From Felis catus (Eukaryota): a DNA stretch of 64,000 bases. The notes below the pieces were generated by a model that was not told the DNA's origin, ran no database searches, and saw only the letters and a program-made list of their open reading frames with translations. The position numbers and the translations under genes are program-made. Shown here piece after piece: positions 36,102-48,583 of the stretch. Each line of letters opens with the position of its first letter. Position 1 is the first letter of the stretch. The stretch is from NCBI RefSeq assembly GCF_018350175.1, contig NC_058368.1:187552001-187616000 (forward strand), written 5' to 3'.

Positions 36102-37903
36102 TCACACACACATATATTTTCATATTCCCCCACTATACTATAAGGTACTCTTTTTAACCTTTGAAGGTTTTTAAAGGGACATTATAAAATACTGATTACT
36201 TTGGTATAGGCATTTTGTAGAATTAGAGAAAATCCTGACCAGTTGCTAATGAAGAAAGAGTATCTTTGTGCCAAGGATCTCACCCTTCTTAAATTACAGT
36301 ATGGTGTCATCTGAGTAGATTCCTTCATTGCCTAAATTTTACATAAGCTGTTCTGGTTCTAAAGATACTTATTACATGATCCTGTAACATTTTCTTTTTG
36401 GACTTGATAGAAAACTAGTAAGGTTTAGCAAAAATGGTGTCTAAAGGTTAACATATAAGAAATGAATATATATTGATTACATTGGTCATCTTGATGTTCC
36501 TCCTACCCTTGTGTGATTATAATCCTATATCATTGAAAATTCTCTAGAAATTTACTGGCTTTGTAGACAGTCTGATAAAATTATTCATAAGTACATACTT
36601 GTATTCAGAACTTATGTGTTCATTACAATGAGAAATAGGAGGATTTGTTCAGTTAGATTTAAGTTATATTATTTTACCTAAGTATTTAACATGTGAATCA
36701 ATAAGGGCTTCTGGGTGGCTCAGTCGGTTAAGCATCCAACTTCAGCTCAGGTCATGATCTCACACTTCATGAGTGTGAGCCCTGCATCAGACTCTGTGCT
36801 GACAGCTTGGAGCCTGGAGCCTGCTTTGGATTCTCTGTCTCCCTCTCTGCCCCTCCCCTGCTTGTGCTTGCTCTAACTCTCTCTCTCTGAAAACTAAACA
36901 TTAAAAAAATGATAATAAAAAAATAAAGTGTGAATCAGTAGATTCAGTGGAATAAAATAACAAATTCTTTTTCTTCTTGCATAATGCAGAATTCTCCAAA
37001 ACACCAGTGGGGAGAAGAGGAACCAAATTCTCAAACGGTAATAAATATTTGCCTTGTCTGGCAAATTTTTCAATTTCTGATGGCTAATGGCTAATAACAA
37101 TAACTAATAATAATAGCTTTAAGGAATATAACTGAATAAGAGTTGGATTAAAGGAAAGTAAGAACTAGATGCTGTTCTTTTTTCTTATAATTTGTTTTTC
37201 CCTCTTTCCACTTCCTTCAGGAAAAAGATCATAATAGTGAAGATGAGGATGAAGATAAATACGCAGATGACATTGACATGCCTGGACAGAACTTTGACTC
37301 TAAGAGGCGAATTACTGTCCGGAATCTCAGGATTCGAGAAGATATTGCAAAAGTAAGCCTTGTCAACTTAACATACACACTCAAAAAATATTTGTCTTCC
37401 CACCCCAAATTTTGTCTACTCATCTGGTATCTGGATAGTATATAGGTAATATAGTCATTCCAAGATTAGGTATCATTCTGTATTTTATCTTCTGTACCCG
37501 GAAATGTATACACACAATTGATCGTGATTGACTCATCTGCCTAGTGTGCTGAAATCTTTTTTGACAGAAGTAAACATTAATGCAGTCTTAAACCATTTTC
37601 CCTTCTAGTATTTGCGGAATTTAGATCCAAATTCTGCTTACTATGATCCCAAAACTAGAGCGATGAGAGAGAATCCCTATGCCAATGCAGGAAAGAATCC
37701 AGATGAGTAAGTATCAAGTTAAATGTATAGATTTTGGGGCGCCTGGGTGGCTCAGTCAGTTAAGCATCCAACTTTAGCTCGGGTCATGACCTCACGGTCT
37801 GTGGGTTTGAGCCCGGCATCAGGCTCTGTGCTGACAGCTCAGCTCAGAGCCTGGAGTCTGCTTCATATTCTGTGTCTCCCTCTCTCTGTTCCTCCCATGC
37901 TTG

Positions 37904-37954
<51 letters not shown>

Positions 37955-40900
37955 AAAAATAAGTAAACATTAAAAAATAGAGAGATTTCAAGGTAGGGCG
38001 GGGGTGGGGGGAGAGTTTTTAATCATAAAACTGAATCTGAGTTAAAATAAACATCATCTATGGTTGGGTCAGAAAAGAATGAACTTTCCTTAAAGAAAGC
38101 AATTTCTGAAACAACTTGTTTTTTAAATTTGCATTTACAGAGTGAGCTATGCAGGGGATAACTTCGTTAGATACACAGGAGATACCATTTCAATGGCTCA
38201 GACACAGTGTAAGTGTTTGCTCTAAGTCAAGGTATTTTTATAAGCTCAAAAGAAATTTGGGGGCATTTTTAAAAGTTTGTTTTTAACAAGCATGCAATAA
38301 ACGTAGCTGACAAGTCATTAAAATGTCTTTGATTTTTGTAGTGTTTGCTTGGGAAGCCTATGACAAGGGATCTGAAGTGCATCTGCAGGCCGATCCTACA
38401 AAACTAGAGCTGTTGTACAAGTCCTTCAAAGTCAAAAAAGAAGACTTCAAGGAACAGCAGAAAGAAAGCATCCTGGAAAAGGTAATTTTGACCAAAATGC
38501 TTAAAAAAAGAATGTTCGTTAAAGAGAAATGACTAGTTAATGATCATTCAATTTACATTTGGAATTCAATGCACATAAAGTCCCTTTTAGTTTGTTAGGA
38601 ACAGTCCTACCCTCATATTGACTTGAAATCAAGTGTATACATTATCAGTTTAGCTGTATCAGGAAGCTTTTGCGGGAAAACAACAACAACAACAAAAACA
38701 TAGCAGTTTAAAAGAAACATTGGTTATTTCCGAGGATTTTGTATGTCAGCTGGGTCTCCTGGTCTGGGCCTGCCCATCTGAAGCTGGATGATCTAGAATG
38801 GCCTCATTCTGGTCTCTAGCAGTTAGCAGGCTGATTGTCCTAAGAGACCTCATCTGGAACAGCTCATGTCTGCCCATGGTGGGCTCTCCTCCTTTGGTAG
38901 GCTAGTCCAGCCTCATATGGCATTCTTGGGGTACCAGAGACTAGCAACAAAAATATGCCCCGCTGCACAAGTGCTTTCCGGGCCTTTGCTTGCATCACAT
39001 TTGCCCAGTTTCCCACAGGCCTGAACAAGTAACATGGCCAGGCCCAGATTCAAAGATGGAGAAACAGACTGTCTATCTCTTGAGGGGAAGAGTAGCAAAG
39101 TCATGTGGCAAATGGGCACGCATACAAGGTTAAGAGGAATTGATGGCCATTTGGTAATTTGCCACGCTCAACACATAGATAACAACTGAGACATCTTTTA
39201 TTTGCCTATAAAAATCATGTGGCTTTTTCTTTTTCACTGTACTTTGTATAACAGAGCCCATAAAAAATATTGCTTTCATGTTTCTGATTAGAAACAAACT
39301 GATCAATAGAGATTTGAATGAAAACCTTTGCTGTAAAATGTATTTAATAATATTCAATGTTCTTTTAGTATGGTGGCCAAGAACATTTGGATGCCCCTCC
39401 AGCTGAATTGCTTTTAGCTCAGACTGAAGACTATGTGGAGTACTCAAGACATGGGACAGTCATCAAAGGACAGGAGAGGGCTGTCGCCTGCTCTAAGTAT
39501 GAGGAGGATGTGAAGATCCATAATCACACAGTATGTGTTAAACTAGAACCATCTGGTGTCCTTGTTAGCATTTTTCTCTGAGTTATATTTTCTTTTTACA
39601 GCTTCATAGCGAATCATTGTTGGGCTTGTTTTCCTTTTTTTTTTTTTTTTACATTTTAATTTTATTTTATGAAATTTTTCTAAAAATACAAAAACTTTAG
39701 AATACTATTATGTTCACCCACATACCCACCACCTAGATTCAGAAATATTTTGCATGTTGCCATATATGTTTTGTCTGGACAGAGGGAGGGGTATATGCAT
39801 GCTGGTATATACATATACCCACATATATATATTGGTATCTTTTTTTTTTTACTAAAATACTTGAAAATTACAGATATTATGATATTTCACTGATAGACAC
39901 TATATCATGTATTTCCTAAAATTAAGGATATTCCCCTACATTATCACACTTTAGAAAATTATCATGGACTCCTTAATATCCTCTAATCTGTAATTCTTAA
40001 TCACATTACCAAAATATACACAAAAATGCCTTTAAATAGGTGGTTTGTTTTTGCTTTTGTTTTTGTTTTGAGTCAGAATCCAATCAAAGTTTATTTTGGT
40101 TGTTATGTCTCTTTTTCTCTATCTCCCTCTATCGAAACTCCCCTTTTTCAGGACAGTGACTCCTAAACAGATCAGGACAGTTATTTTGTAAACTCACATT
40201 CTACTTTGACTGGTTCAATTACTTGTATGGTATCATAGGAGTTATTCCTCTATCCACTGTATTTCCTATAAACAAATTCAGATCTAAAGACTTGACTAAA
40301 GTTAAATATTTTAACAAGAACATAAGTGATACAGTGTAATCCATACTGCATCACATTATAAAACACGTGTACCCAAACTACAATTGTCTAAGTTGGATCA
40401 AAAACAGAACTACCTATAGGAGCCAGGCTGCTAAATCATATGAGTGAAGTGACTCAGGCAAATTATACAAACTAGAGAACACAAACCCTGTCTGAAAGGA
40501 GCATCCACTGGTCAGCAACAGCCAGTTCTTGCCAAGTAGGAATGTGGGCCCAGAATTTCCCAGTCCTTCTTAATTTTTAAAGAGAAGTCAGATATCCTAA
40601 TTTTTTTTTTAAGTTTTAGGAATAAAATGTAAGACCATTATAATTTAATGCCTGCTTGTCACACTTGAGAGCAGGCCACCTTGTCCCTATTAGCTAGCCC
40701 TGGAATCCCCATAAGTTTCCTCCCAAGTTAACCTTTTAAAGGACTGTATTATTTTATGCTCATATCAACAGTGTATGAGAGTCACTAGTTTCAGGTTCCT
40801 TTTTAAGTAACAACTCTCTCTCTGCAGCATATCTGGGGATCTTACTGGAAAGAAGGCCGATGGGGATACAAATGCTGTCACTCCTTTTTCAAGTATTCCT

Positions 40901-42391
40901 ATTGCACTGGAGAAGCTGGGAAGGAGATTGCTGTAAGTAATTGTGCTCTAGTTCTTGCAAGTGTAAAACAACAAAAGTTCTTAAGTCAGAATCTGTATGA
41001 AACATATTTCTCATGTTTCAAATTTTAACTTTTTCTTCAATGATCGGTAACTATGATTACTCAAGTCAAATGACTATATTTTCCCACAGAATTCAGAGGA
41101 ATGTATTATAAATGATATAACTGGAGAAGAATCTGTAAAAAAACCTCAAACGCTCATGGAGGTAAGTCTATAATCATTTGTCCTGAATTTTTTTTTAATG
41201 TTTATTTATTTTTGAGAGAATGTGCGCATGCATGGGGAGAGGGAGAGAGGGGAACAGAGGATCCGAAACGGGCTTTGTGCTATCAGCAGAGATGCCAATG
41301 CAGCGCTCAAACTCATGAACCGTGAGATCATGATCTGAGCTGAAGTCAGACACTTAACTGACTGAGCCACCCAGCACCCCATGTGTCCAAAAATTTTAAG
41401 TGCTGGAGGGCAGACTTCAAAATTTGCACCAGAACTTTGTTTTTGCATTAATAACCCTATATTTCAATCCTCCCTATCAGATGCATCAGGAAAAACTAAA
41501 AGAAGATAAAAAGAAGAAAAAGAAGAAGAAGAAGAAGCATCGAAAGAGCAGTTCAGATAGTGATGATGAAGAAAAGAAACATGAAAAATTGAAAAAGGTA
41601 CTTTATGAAGTCAGAGCAATGACGGTATTCTTTATTTGTACGGACCTTAATAAATTATCTAGTCCTGTCTCCAAGCTCATTTTAAAAATCCCAAGTCTGG
41701 GTGATTTGCTCAGGTCACCTTGTATCAGGCCTAGAATGCAAATGGAGATTTTTTTGTCTTAGTATTGCTTGCTTCTCAGAATGTTTGATAAAAATCACTA
41801 ATGTACAGAAGAAATGTTCTTTGTAAAGCTGTTCTTTAAGAGTTATTGACATATGTCCAGAAAGAATTGCCTTCTAGCTCTAAAATTTGTGTCAGCAAGT
41901 CCTTGGGAAAAGTCAGAGTTGTAGTTTCCACCAGAAGTATCAGTTTTGGACTTAATGTTAGTAAAGTGAATCTCATTGAATCTTTGTTATTAAGTAAAAA
42001 TTTTTTAACATTGAAAATGTGGTAGACTATTTCCTGCTGTATGAAAATATTGTATCAGCCAAACAGTGATTCGTTGTAGCTTGAAGGTAGTCTGGCTGAC
42101 TCTCAAGCTCTTTCAGATAATCTAGGTTTTTCATATAGCAGTTTACATTCAGTGGGGTCTTTTGGTACTCTGCTACTCTTGGTGGTACTCATGTTTTTTC
42201 TTTCACTGTAGGCCCTGAATGCAGAGGAAGCCCGCCTTCTTCACGTCAAGGAGATTATGCAGATTGATGAGAGGAAGCGGCCTTACAATAGCATATATGA
42301 AACTCGGGAACCCACTGAAGAGGAAATGGAGGCCTATAGAATGAAACGTCAGAGGCCGGATGACCCCATGGCCTCCTTCCTTGGACAGTAG
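28694..42391 (+). CDS. SLU7: Pre-mRNA splicing factor SLU7 (step II, 3' splice-site selection), 15 coding exons, 586 aa
   Basis: Exon lengths 170+154+81+165+69+48+132+98+68+140+162+105+72+117+180=1761 nt with no internal stop; all introns GT-AG; zinc knuckle [23 protein letters not shown] motif, Lys-rich C-terminus, ends [10 protein letters not shown]. Confidence 0.98.
29720..30175 (-). mobile_element. Two tandem antisense SINEs just upstream of SLU7 coding exon 2
   Basis: Second SINE flanked by 15-bp TSD CAAACTTTATTCTTT (29943-29957, 30176-30190). Confidence 0.9.
30221..30374 (+). CDS. SLU7: SLU7 coding exon 2 ([16 protein letters not shown]...GVKE)
   Basis: TTACAG acceptor, GAG|GTATGT donor. 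Confidence 0.95.
30716..30796 (+). CDS. SLU7: SLU7 coding exon 3 (zinc knuckle)
   Basis: [31 protein letters not shown] boundaries. Confidence 0.95.
31065..31122 (+). repeat. (TTTTA)n pentanucleotide microsatellite at SLU7 acceptor
   Basis: About 11 units ending 5 nt before the exon start. Confidence 0.95.
31128..31292 (+). CDS. SLU7: SLU7 coding exon 4 (RPRRVGAKF...AKVDL)
   Basis: CCCAG acceptor, CTG|GTGAGC donor. Confidence 0.95.
32185..32253 (+). CDS. SLU7: SLU7 coding exon 5 ([23 protein letters not shown])
   Basis: TTAG acceptor, GCT|GTAAGT donor. Confidence 0.93.
35025..35274 (+). mobile_element. Young SINEC_Fc-type SINE
   Basis: TSD AAGAAGATATGCAGT; CpGs retained. Confidence 0.9.
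36056..36100 (+). repeat. (GATA)n microsatellite
   Basis: About 11 perfect units. Confidence 0.95.
36990..37037 (+). CDS. SLU7: SLU7 coding exon 6 ([16 protein letters not shown])
   Basis: TGCAG acceptor, ACG|GTAATA donor. Confidence 0.92.
37221..37352 (+). CDS. SLU7: SLU7 coding exon 7 ([14 protein letters not shown]...[11 protein letters not shown])
   Basis: TTCAG acceptor, AAA|GTAAGC donor. Confidence 0.95.
37609..37706 (+). CDS. SLU7: SLU7 coding exon 8 ([24 protein letters not shown]...)
   Basis: TTCTAG acceptor, GA|GTAAGT donor. Confidence 0.95.
38141..38208 (+). CDS. SLU7: SLU7 coding exon 9 ([22 protein letters not shown])
   Basis: TTACAG acceptor, T|GTAAGT donor. Confidence 0.94.
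38342..38481 (+). CDS. SLU7: SLU7 coding exon 10 ([22 protein letters not shown]...SILEK)
   Basis: TGTAG acceptor, AAG|GTAATT donor. Confidence 0.95.
38655..39175. mobile_element. MLT1-type (MaLR) LTR remnant in SLU7 intron
   Basis: MLT1-like motifs (GGCCTTTGCTTGCATCACATTTGC, GCCCAGATTCAAAG, AAAGTCATGTGGCAAA). Confidence 0.55.
39369..39530 (+). CDS. SLU7: SLU7 coding exon 11 ([27 protein letters not shown]...IHNHT)
   Basis: TTTTAG acceptor, ACA|GTATGT donor. Confidence 0.95.
40828..40932 (+). CDS. SLU7: SLU7 coding exon 12 ([35 protein letters not shown])
   Basis: TGCAG acceptor, GCT|GTAAGT donor. Confidence 0.95.
41090..41161 (+). CDS. SLU7: SLU7 coding exon 13 ([24 protein letters not shown])
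   Basis: CACAG acceptor, GAG|GTAAGT donor. Confidence 0.93.
41481..41597 (+). CDS. SLU7: SLU7 coding exon 14 (Lys-rich: [22 protein letters not shown]...EKLKK)
   Basis: TATCAG acceptor, AAG|GTACTT donor. Confidence 0.95.
42212..42391 (+). CDS. SLU7: SLU7 last coding exon ([10 protein letters not shown]...[10 protein letters not shown])
   Basis: TGTAG acceptor, TAG stop at 42389-42391. Confidence 0.95.
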   Translation, partial: ALNAEEARLLHVKEIMQIDERKRPYNSIYETREPTEEEMEAYRMKRQRPDDPMASFLGQ

Positions 42392-42504
42392 TAGCTAGTT
42401 ATAGACAGTCACCCAAGATAGACACATAGATACATTCTTTTCAGCTTCTTGCTGATAATTGTAGGTGGAAAACCCCTTGACTACTCTTTTTGCTGCCTGA
42501 CTTT

Positions 42505-42510
42505 AATAAA
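42505..42510 (+). terminator. SLU7: Candidate proximal SLU7 polyA signal AATAAA
   Basis: AATAAA 114 nt after the stop, followed by T/GT-rich sequence. Confidence 0.55.
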
Positions 42511-43707
42511 GCTTCCAGAAGTCCTTTTGTAAATTCCATTTCTTTGTACACCGAAGAAACAAGAAAAACAAAGAGCAATTCATTAAGTGTATGTTAAGAT
42601 TTTTTTTTCCAATTTTATATTAGGTGATGTGGAAAGGGGCCTTGACTCTTTACCTAGCAAGAATGTCTTCTACTCAACATTATTAAGGCTTAAACTGTAT
42701 CTCCACAATTCATATGGCCCTTTATCTAGTTAACACGCATTTTGAAGGCAGATTAGTTACTCTTTCTCAAAATCAGGGTTTCATTTTTTCAAATTATTAG
42801 TAACTATAATTATAGTTATTTGAGAATCCTTTGTTTTTGCTTTCTAAGGTTTCCCTGGTCTGAAACTAAAAAAATTATTCTATCTTGGGTTTTGGGTTAC
42901 TGAAAGGAAACCTGTAGAACATATGAGTAACTTTATCTCCCATGTCAATCTGTATAGTAATAATTCTGTTTTCTACTTGGTTATAAAATTTTTATTTTTA
43001 AAATATTTCCTTGTATCTTACATCCAGAATAACAGAAAAATAATATTTTGTCATCTTTGAGCCAGTGTTGTGATGGTCTTTTATCATTCTGGACTTGAGC
43101 CTTTAAACACAGAAATCCTTTCCTCTATCATAGAAAATACAGTTTGTGATACTATTTTTTGCTTTAATTGTGATTGCCTTTATGTAAAAATAATGAATAT
43201 TAAATTTTAAAAGATTGTAGAATATCCATTATACCTAATATCTATAGTAAGCAGGTGTCTGTAAAATTTGCAAAAAGCAAAACCTGAAGTTGAAAGTTTC
43301 TTCAAAGAATTAGAAGGATAGCTTATAGGGCTATTAATAACTGAGACCGCCATGATCCTCAGGCCTCTTCTAAGACCATCATGAAAATAATACTGACAGA
43401 GTGGGCTCAATGAAAACAGCCTGTTTCAAACCCCTGATAGAAGTACATTGGCTTTTTAACAGCTCACCAAAACTGATTAGGATACAGCTTTAAGTTACCA
43501 TCTCAGAAATAGTAACAATCGAATTGTCAAGTACTATGAATATAATGTGTAGATTCAGACTACTGTGCAATTAAAAAAGCAATGCAAATGGAGGTAATTC
43601 TTAACCTATTTCAAGAAAGTCAATGACATGTGTTCATATTCCTACCTTACCATGGGGTAGCTCCATAAAGTGACAATGTCTATTTTGTATTTTATTTATC
43701 TTTTGGT

Positions 43708-43713
43708 AATAAA
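43708..43713 (+). terminator. SLU7: Candidate distal SLU7 polyA signal AATAAA
   Basis: AATAAA preceded by a U-rich tract and followed by GTGGTTTGT. Confidence 0.55.
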
Positions 43714-43817
43714 GATACATAATTAGAAAACTGAGTGGTTTGTAGCATTATTTCAAATATTTAACAGAAAAGCAGTTTATGGGACTGTCGGGGCTTAGCT
43801 TCTTTAATTTTGAGTTA

Positions 43818-44030
43818 ATTTTTTTTTTTTAACATTTATTTATTTTTGGGACAGAGAGAGACAGAGCATGAACGGGGGAGGGGCAGAGAGAGAGGGAGAC
43901 ACAGAATCGGAAACAGGCTCCAGGCTCTGAGCCATCAGCCCAGAGCCTGACGCGGGGCTCGAACTCACGGACCGCGAGATCATGACGGCTGAAGTCGGAT
44001 GCTTAACCGACTGCGCCACCCAGGCGCCCC
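43818..44030 (-). mobile_element. Young SINEC_Fc-type SINE just 3' of SLU7
   Basis: Near identical to the copies at 4205 and 35025. Confidence 0.9.
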
Positions 44031-45250
44031 ATAGCTTAATTTTGAATTAAAAAATTTCAGGATCTTTTTAAGTCAAAAAATGTGTCACCTGACTTTTCTG
44101 GGTCTCTGTTCCCTCTTCCATGAAACCTAATTTACTGATTTTAGGAAGAATTCTATAATATCTGAGCTCACGTCTTATTTCTTCATTTTGGAAAAAAGAT
44201 AACACCTGGAACATGATTCATTATGTGAACTTTGATTTTATTTCCCTAATAGCTGCCTGTTGAGTGTTGGAACTATGTACTATAATTTTTGTACATTATC
44301 TCTGCAAAAGAACTTCATGGACTAATGGATAATCCATTTTATAATAAGCACAAGGGCTTAATTAGTCCAGGTAGCTTGCTCAGGTCCTGATAAGTAAAAG
44401 TGTTAGGGCCAGGACATAAAGCCAAGTATCTATTGACTCTAAAGCCTACTCCTTTCTCTAGTACTTAAAGCCCTGCTTTCTGGACCAGAAAGACTGGTCT
44501 TTTGCAATTTCTTCTGTTGACAGAAACCTCAAGCAGGCTTCAGTCTACCAGGTTCACCCTGAACACCTGAAAATGATGCATCTATCCCACATTCTCTGAT
44601 ACTATCCCTTTCCCCAGTCTTAATGGGATGCTTCTAACAAGACTGACTATAGAAAGATTATTAAATTGTTCTTTAAGTTTGTCACAATTCTGGAAGGAAA
44701 TATCCCCCAAATAGGAAGGAGGTCTTTCTTTCTGCAGTTTTCTAGTTTCTACTTTGGAATTTTTCCTCTAAAAATCTAATATGGGTTCATAACTTTAATA
44801 TCATGTTAAAACGAATTTTAAATAAAATTGAAGATCTTTTCTCCAAAATGAATTTTTCTGAGGAAATTCATCCACATGCTCTAATTTATGGGAAGGGGTG
44901 ACCTTCATGGGCAAACAAGACGCAAGCTCTAGAAGTTCATCTTCACTGTGAGTATCTTAATGGAATTTACAGCCTCGCATTTGTCCGAATGTTTAACATG
45001 GGGTACAAGGAGTTTCCTTCCCTTTCCCCCTTGCTCACACATAGAAAATGCTAATTTATTGAATGTTACAATCCAAACCCAAAGCTTGACGCACACAAAA
45101 TCTTATTTTAATGCTCTGAAGAACTATGTGGACTTTACCATACTTTCCATTCCTTAGATTCTACATTCATCCTCTCTGGCAGACACAAAAAATCCCACCA
45201 CCCCCCCCGGCCTCCCCCCCGCCCCGTACACAATTTAAAAAAAAAGAGAC

Positions 45251-45460
45251 CGGGGCGCCTGGGTGGCGCAGTCGGTTAAGCGTCCGACTTCAGCCAGGTC
45301 ACGATCTCGCGGTCCGTGAGTTCGAGCCCCGCGTCGGGCTCTGGGCTGATGGCTCAGAGCCTGGAGCCTGTTTCCGATTCTGTGTCTCCCTCTCTCCCTG
45401 CCCCTCCCCCGTTCATGCTCTGTCTCTCTCTGTCCCAAAAATAAATAAACGTTGGAAAAA

Positions 45461-45491
<31 letters not shown>

Positions 45492-45504
45492 TTTAAAAAA
45501 AAAA
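45251..45504 (+). mobile_element. Young SINEC_Fc-type SINE abutting the ZBED8 CpG island
   Basis: Long A tail; TSD A9GAGAC; CpGs intact. Confidence 0.9.
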
Positions 45505-45519
45505 AAAAAAAAAGAGACA

Positions 45520-46270
45520 GGGCCACGCGCATGCTCCCTACTCAGGTCAGCCGAGCCCTCCGCCGGTGGCTCAACGCGCCTGCGTGCAGAGAGACACCTC
45601 GCTCTGTCTGCAGGCGGGAACCCACAAGGAGAACCCGGATGGAACCCTGGCGCGGCTGGGGTGGAGGTCGCTGCGGACGCTTCTGTCTCATCGCGCCTCG
45701 TAGCTTCCTGCTCGGGGACCTGACCAGAGGAGTCGCCGCCCTGCCGGGTTCCGGCGCCCACAGGCTGGATCCCAGCCCTAGCGGAGAGCGACCTGGAGCC
45801 GGAGACGGGCGCCTAAAAGAAGCCCGAGCATCCCTTGGGCCTGCGCCCAGGCTCGGAGACGGGCGGGTGAAGACCGAGCGGAGTCTTCTTTTCTCGCCGC
45901 CGGCGTCCGTAGCTCGCCCGGGCCGCTTCCCAAGCGCGCCGTCCTTAATAATGCACCAACAGGTCCTACCAGTTACGAGCTGCGTGTGCTTTACATGCAC
46001 GCTTAATCATTAAAGCTCCCAACAACCCTGTAAGGTAGGTACTATTGTCATCCCCACGTGAGGAATCGAGGCTTGGAAGGGACCCAGCCTCCAGGTGACA
46101 AAGCCAGGATCCTAGGCTTTTGCCTCTGGAGCGTGTTTGCTCAGCTACTATATTTCCGCCCCCTTTCTCCGGGCTGTTGCCTTTAACTGCAAAGTGTACT
46201 GATGAATCCCGTCCCCCGGACACCCCCACCTCCCTTGGACTGGCATGGGCGATGGCTAGAGAGAAGTTGA
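45520..46270 (+). promoter_or_regulatory. ZBED8: CpG island, probable ZBED8 promoter / non-coding first exon
   Basis: GC- and CpG-rich non-repeat segment about 3.5 kb upstream of the ZBED8 ATG; exon boundaries not determinable. Confidence 0.65.
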
Positions 46271-46672
46271 GTCACGTTTGGTTTGGAGTTACAGGTTTAC
46301 CGTTGCACTTGGGTTGTTGTCACTGCTGAAATATATATTTTAGCATTTCCCAAAGATGTCTGTTATATGAATGTTCACTTTTAACTGTTGTGATAACCTT
46401 TTCATATATACCCTTGTGCCTCATGAACTTGCAAAAACATTTTTGTTATATCACATCTTTCACTCTGCATCTTGAGATAACTCCCAAACTCTCAAAAGAA
46501 TCATTCTAAAAACAAAGTATGTCTATTTGAATAAGATAATGCTCTTTTTGTTTACTGTTATGGAAAATTCCCCACATAACATAAAAATAGAATAGTGTAG
46601 TGATACGAACCCATCATTCAACTCCAACAGTTACCAACTCAAGGCCAATCTTATGCCTTCTGTCTCCACCCC

Positions 46673-46674
<2 letters not shown>

Positions 46675-46722
<48 letters not shown>

Positions 46723-46725
46723 CGC
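46675..46725 (+). repeat. (TG)n(CG)n alternating purine-pyrimidine tract
   Basis: Direct reading. Confidence 0.9.
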
Positions 46726-48449
46726 TCGCTGAAGTAGGGTATTTCAAAGGAGATCCCAGATGTCTTTTCATTTGTAAACCAGTAAGTCTGTATCTCCAAT
46801 AAATGAGTTTTTTTTTTCACACAAGCATACCATTATCACATCTATTTAAATGAGCAATAATTTCTTACCATGATGATGCCTTTTTAACGTTTACATATTT
46901 TAGGATATTGTGATTACTAAATACCACAGAGGAGCAAATGAAAATTGTGAGGTTCTAAAATGCAAGAAAGCCTCTTGGGCAGTAAATTAATCTTTAAGGA
47001 TCTTGAAAATTCCTGCTACCCATTCTCCCTTTTTGAGGGGGATAGGAGGCATGCTGCAAATGAATTTCTCTAAAAATTCTTTTGTTCAAAACAGGTACAT
47101 TGTCAGTCAAAACATACTTGGTAGCATAGTCAGGGTGGATTGGAATAGACCCTTAACTGGTCCTGTAATAATTTCTAATGAGACTGAAGCAAAGCTTTTC
47201 CGTTCACTTCCTCTGTTCCCCAAAACACACATAGCAAATATACATAAGAGAATATAGAAAGATAAGCATTTTTATGCTGATGTCATAATTTTATTATCAA
47301 TTAGGAGAGTTTCTAAACAGAGTTGTCCCTCTAGTCTTCATCACTTGACAAAAGAAAGCTTAAGATCAACCTTTAAACTTCAAATCGTCTGTATTGAGTG
47401 GCAGACATCTTCTGATTTCTAATTGACTCAACAGACAGCTATATGGCATGTCAACTTATTAGTTTACATAGAAGTACATTTTAAAGCTAGGTAATTGTGG
47501 CACAGCCACTAGAAAGTGTTTTAAGTTAATATTCTTGGCTTACTTATTATGAGGTTTTTTTATGGCCAAAATGGGCATTTGGATTTAAATGTGTCCCTGT
47601 TAAGTTATTTCAGCGACATTCTGTAGTGTAGGACTTTGGACACTTAGAGGGTCACTTGTTTATCTGGGAGATAAAACTATTTTCTTTTTTATATATTTAT
47701 TTTATTACTTTATTGATAGAACCCACAAGTGGGGGCAGAGGCAGAGGGGGAGAGAGAGAGAGAGAGAGAGAGAAAATCCTAAGCAGGCTCCATGCTCAGT
47801 TCAGAGTCCAATGCAGGGCTTGATTGCACACCCCTAGGATCATGACCTGAGCTGAAATCAAGAGTTGGATGCTCAACCCACTGAGCCACCCATATGTCCC
47901 AGAACTATTTTTCTAAGGTATATTTGAGCCTATCTGTGGATTATACCTTTGCTCATTGCTAAGGAGGGAGAAAAAGAGAAAAGGCCTGGCTTTCTTTCTT
48001 TTTAGGTCCTTTGACTTTCTTAGGAGGCTGTCATCAACTCAGAAACTTAAATGCCTATTAAAGCATTTAGACTTTACTTAGCAACCTAGAATATCTGCAA
48101 GGTAGGGGTTGGCCCAAAGGATATGTCTTTATTCCTCTAAATATGACTATTTACTATGATATGTATTCGCATCACCAGGACAAGATTTACAGTCTTTTCT
48201 TTTTTAAGTAATCTTTATGGCCAACATGGGGCTCAAACTCACAACCCTGAGATCAAGAATCACATACTGTACCAACTGAGCCAGCTAGGTGCCCCAAGAT
48301 TTAGAGTCTTTTGTCCTTCTGAAGAAGCTGATTTATTAGTTCTAAAATATGCAGGGAGATACATAATTTCAAAGGAGTTCCCAGTGATTATGATGAGTAT
48401 CTCTTATTAAAGATTACTGTTCTAGTTACTATTTGTAAAATTATCTAAA

Positions 48450-48583
48450 ATGTTTATGTAGAATACAGATTTTGGGCCCCTACTGTAGAGCTAGGAAATC
48501 AGAATCTCTGGGGGTGGGGCCACGAATTTGCATGTTAACAAAAAACTTTGCTGATTCCTCCATTTACTAAGGAGGAACCACTA
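48450..48583. mobile_element. MER5-like hAT MITE
   Basis: CAGATTTTGGGCCCC...AATCAGAATCTCTGGGGGTGGGGCC...TTTGCATGTTAACAA...GAACCACT. Confidence 0.6.

Noticed and set aside
45126..46013. 295-aa ORF
   Set aside because: Chance read-through of a SINE, its polyA tail (poly-Lys) and a GC-rich CpG island; non-ATG start; no recognisable domain.
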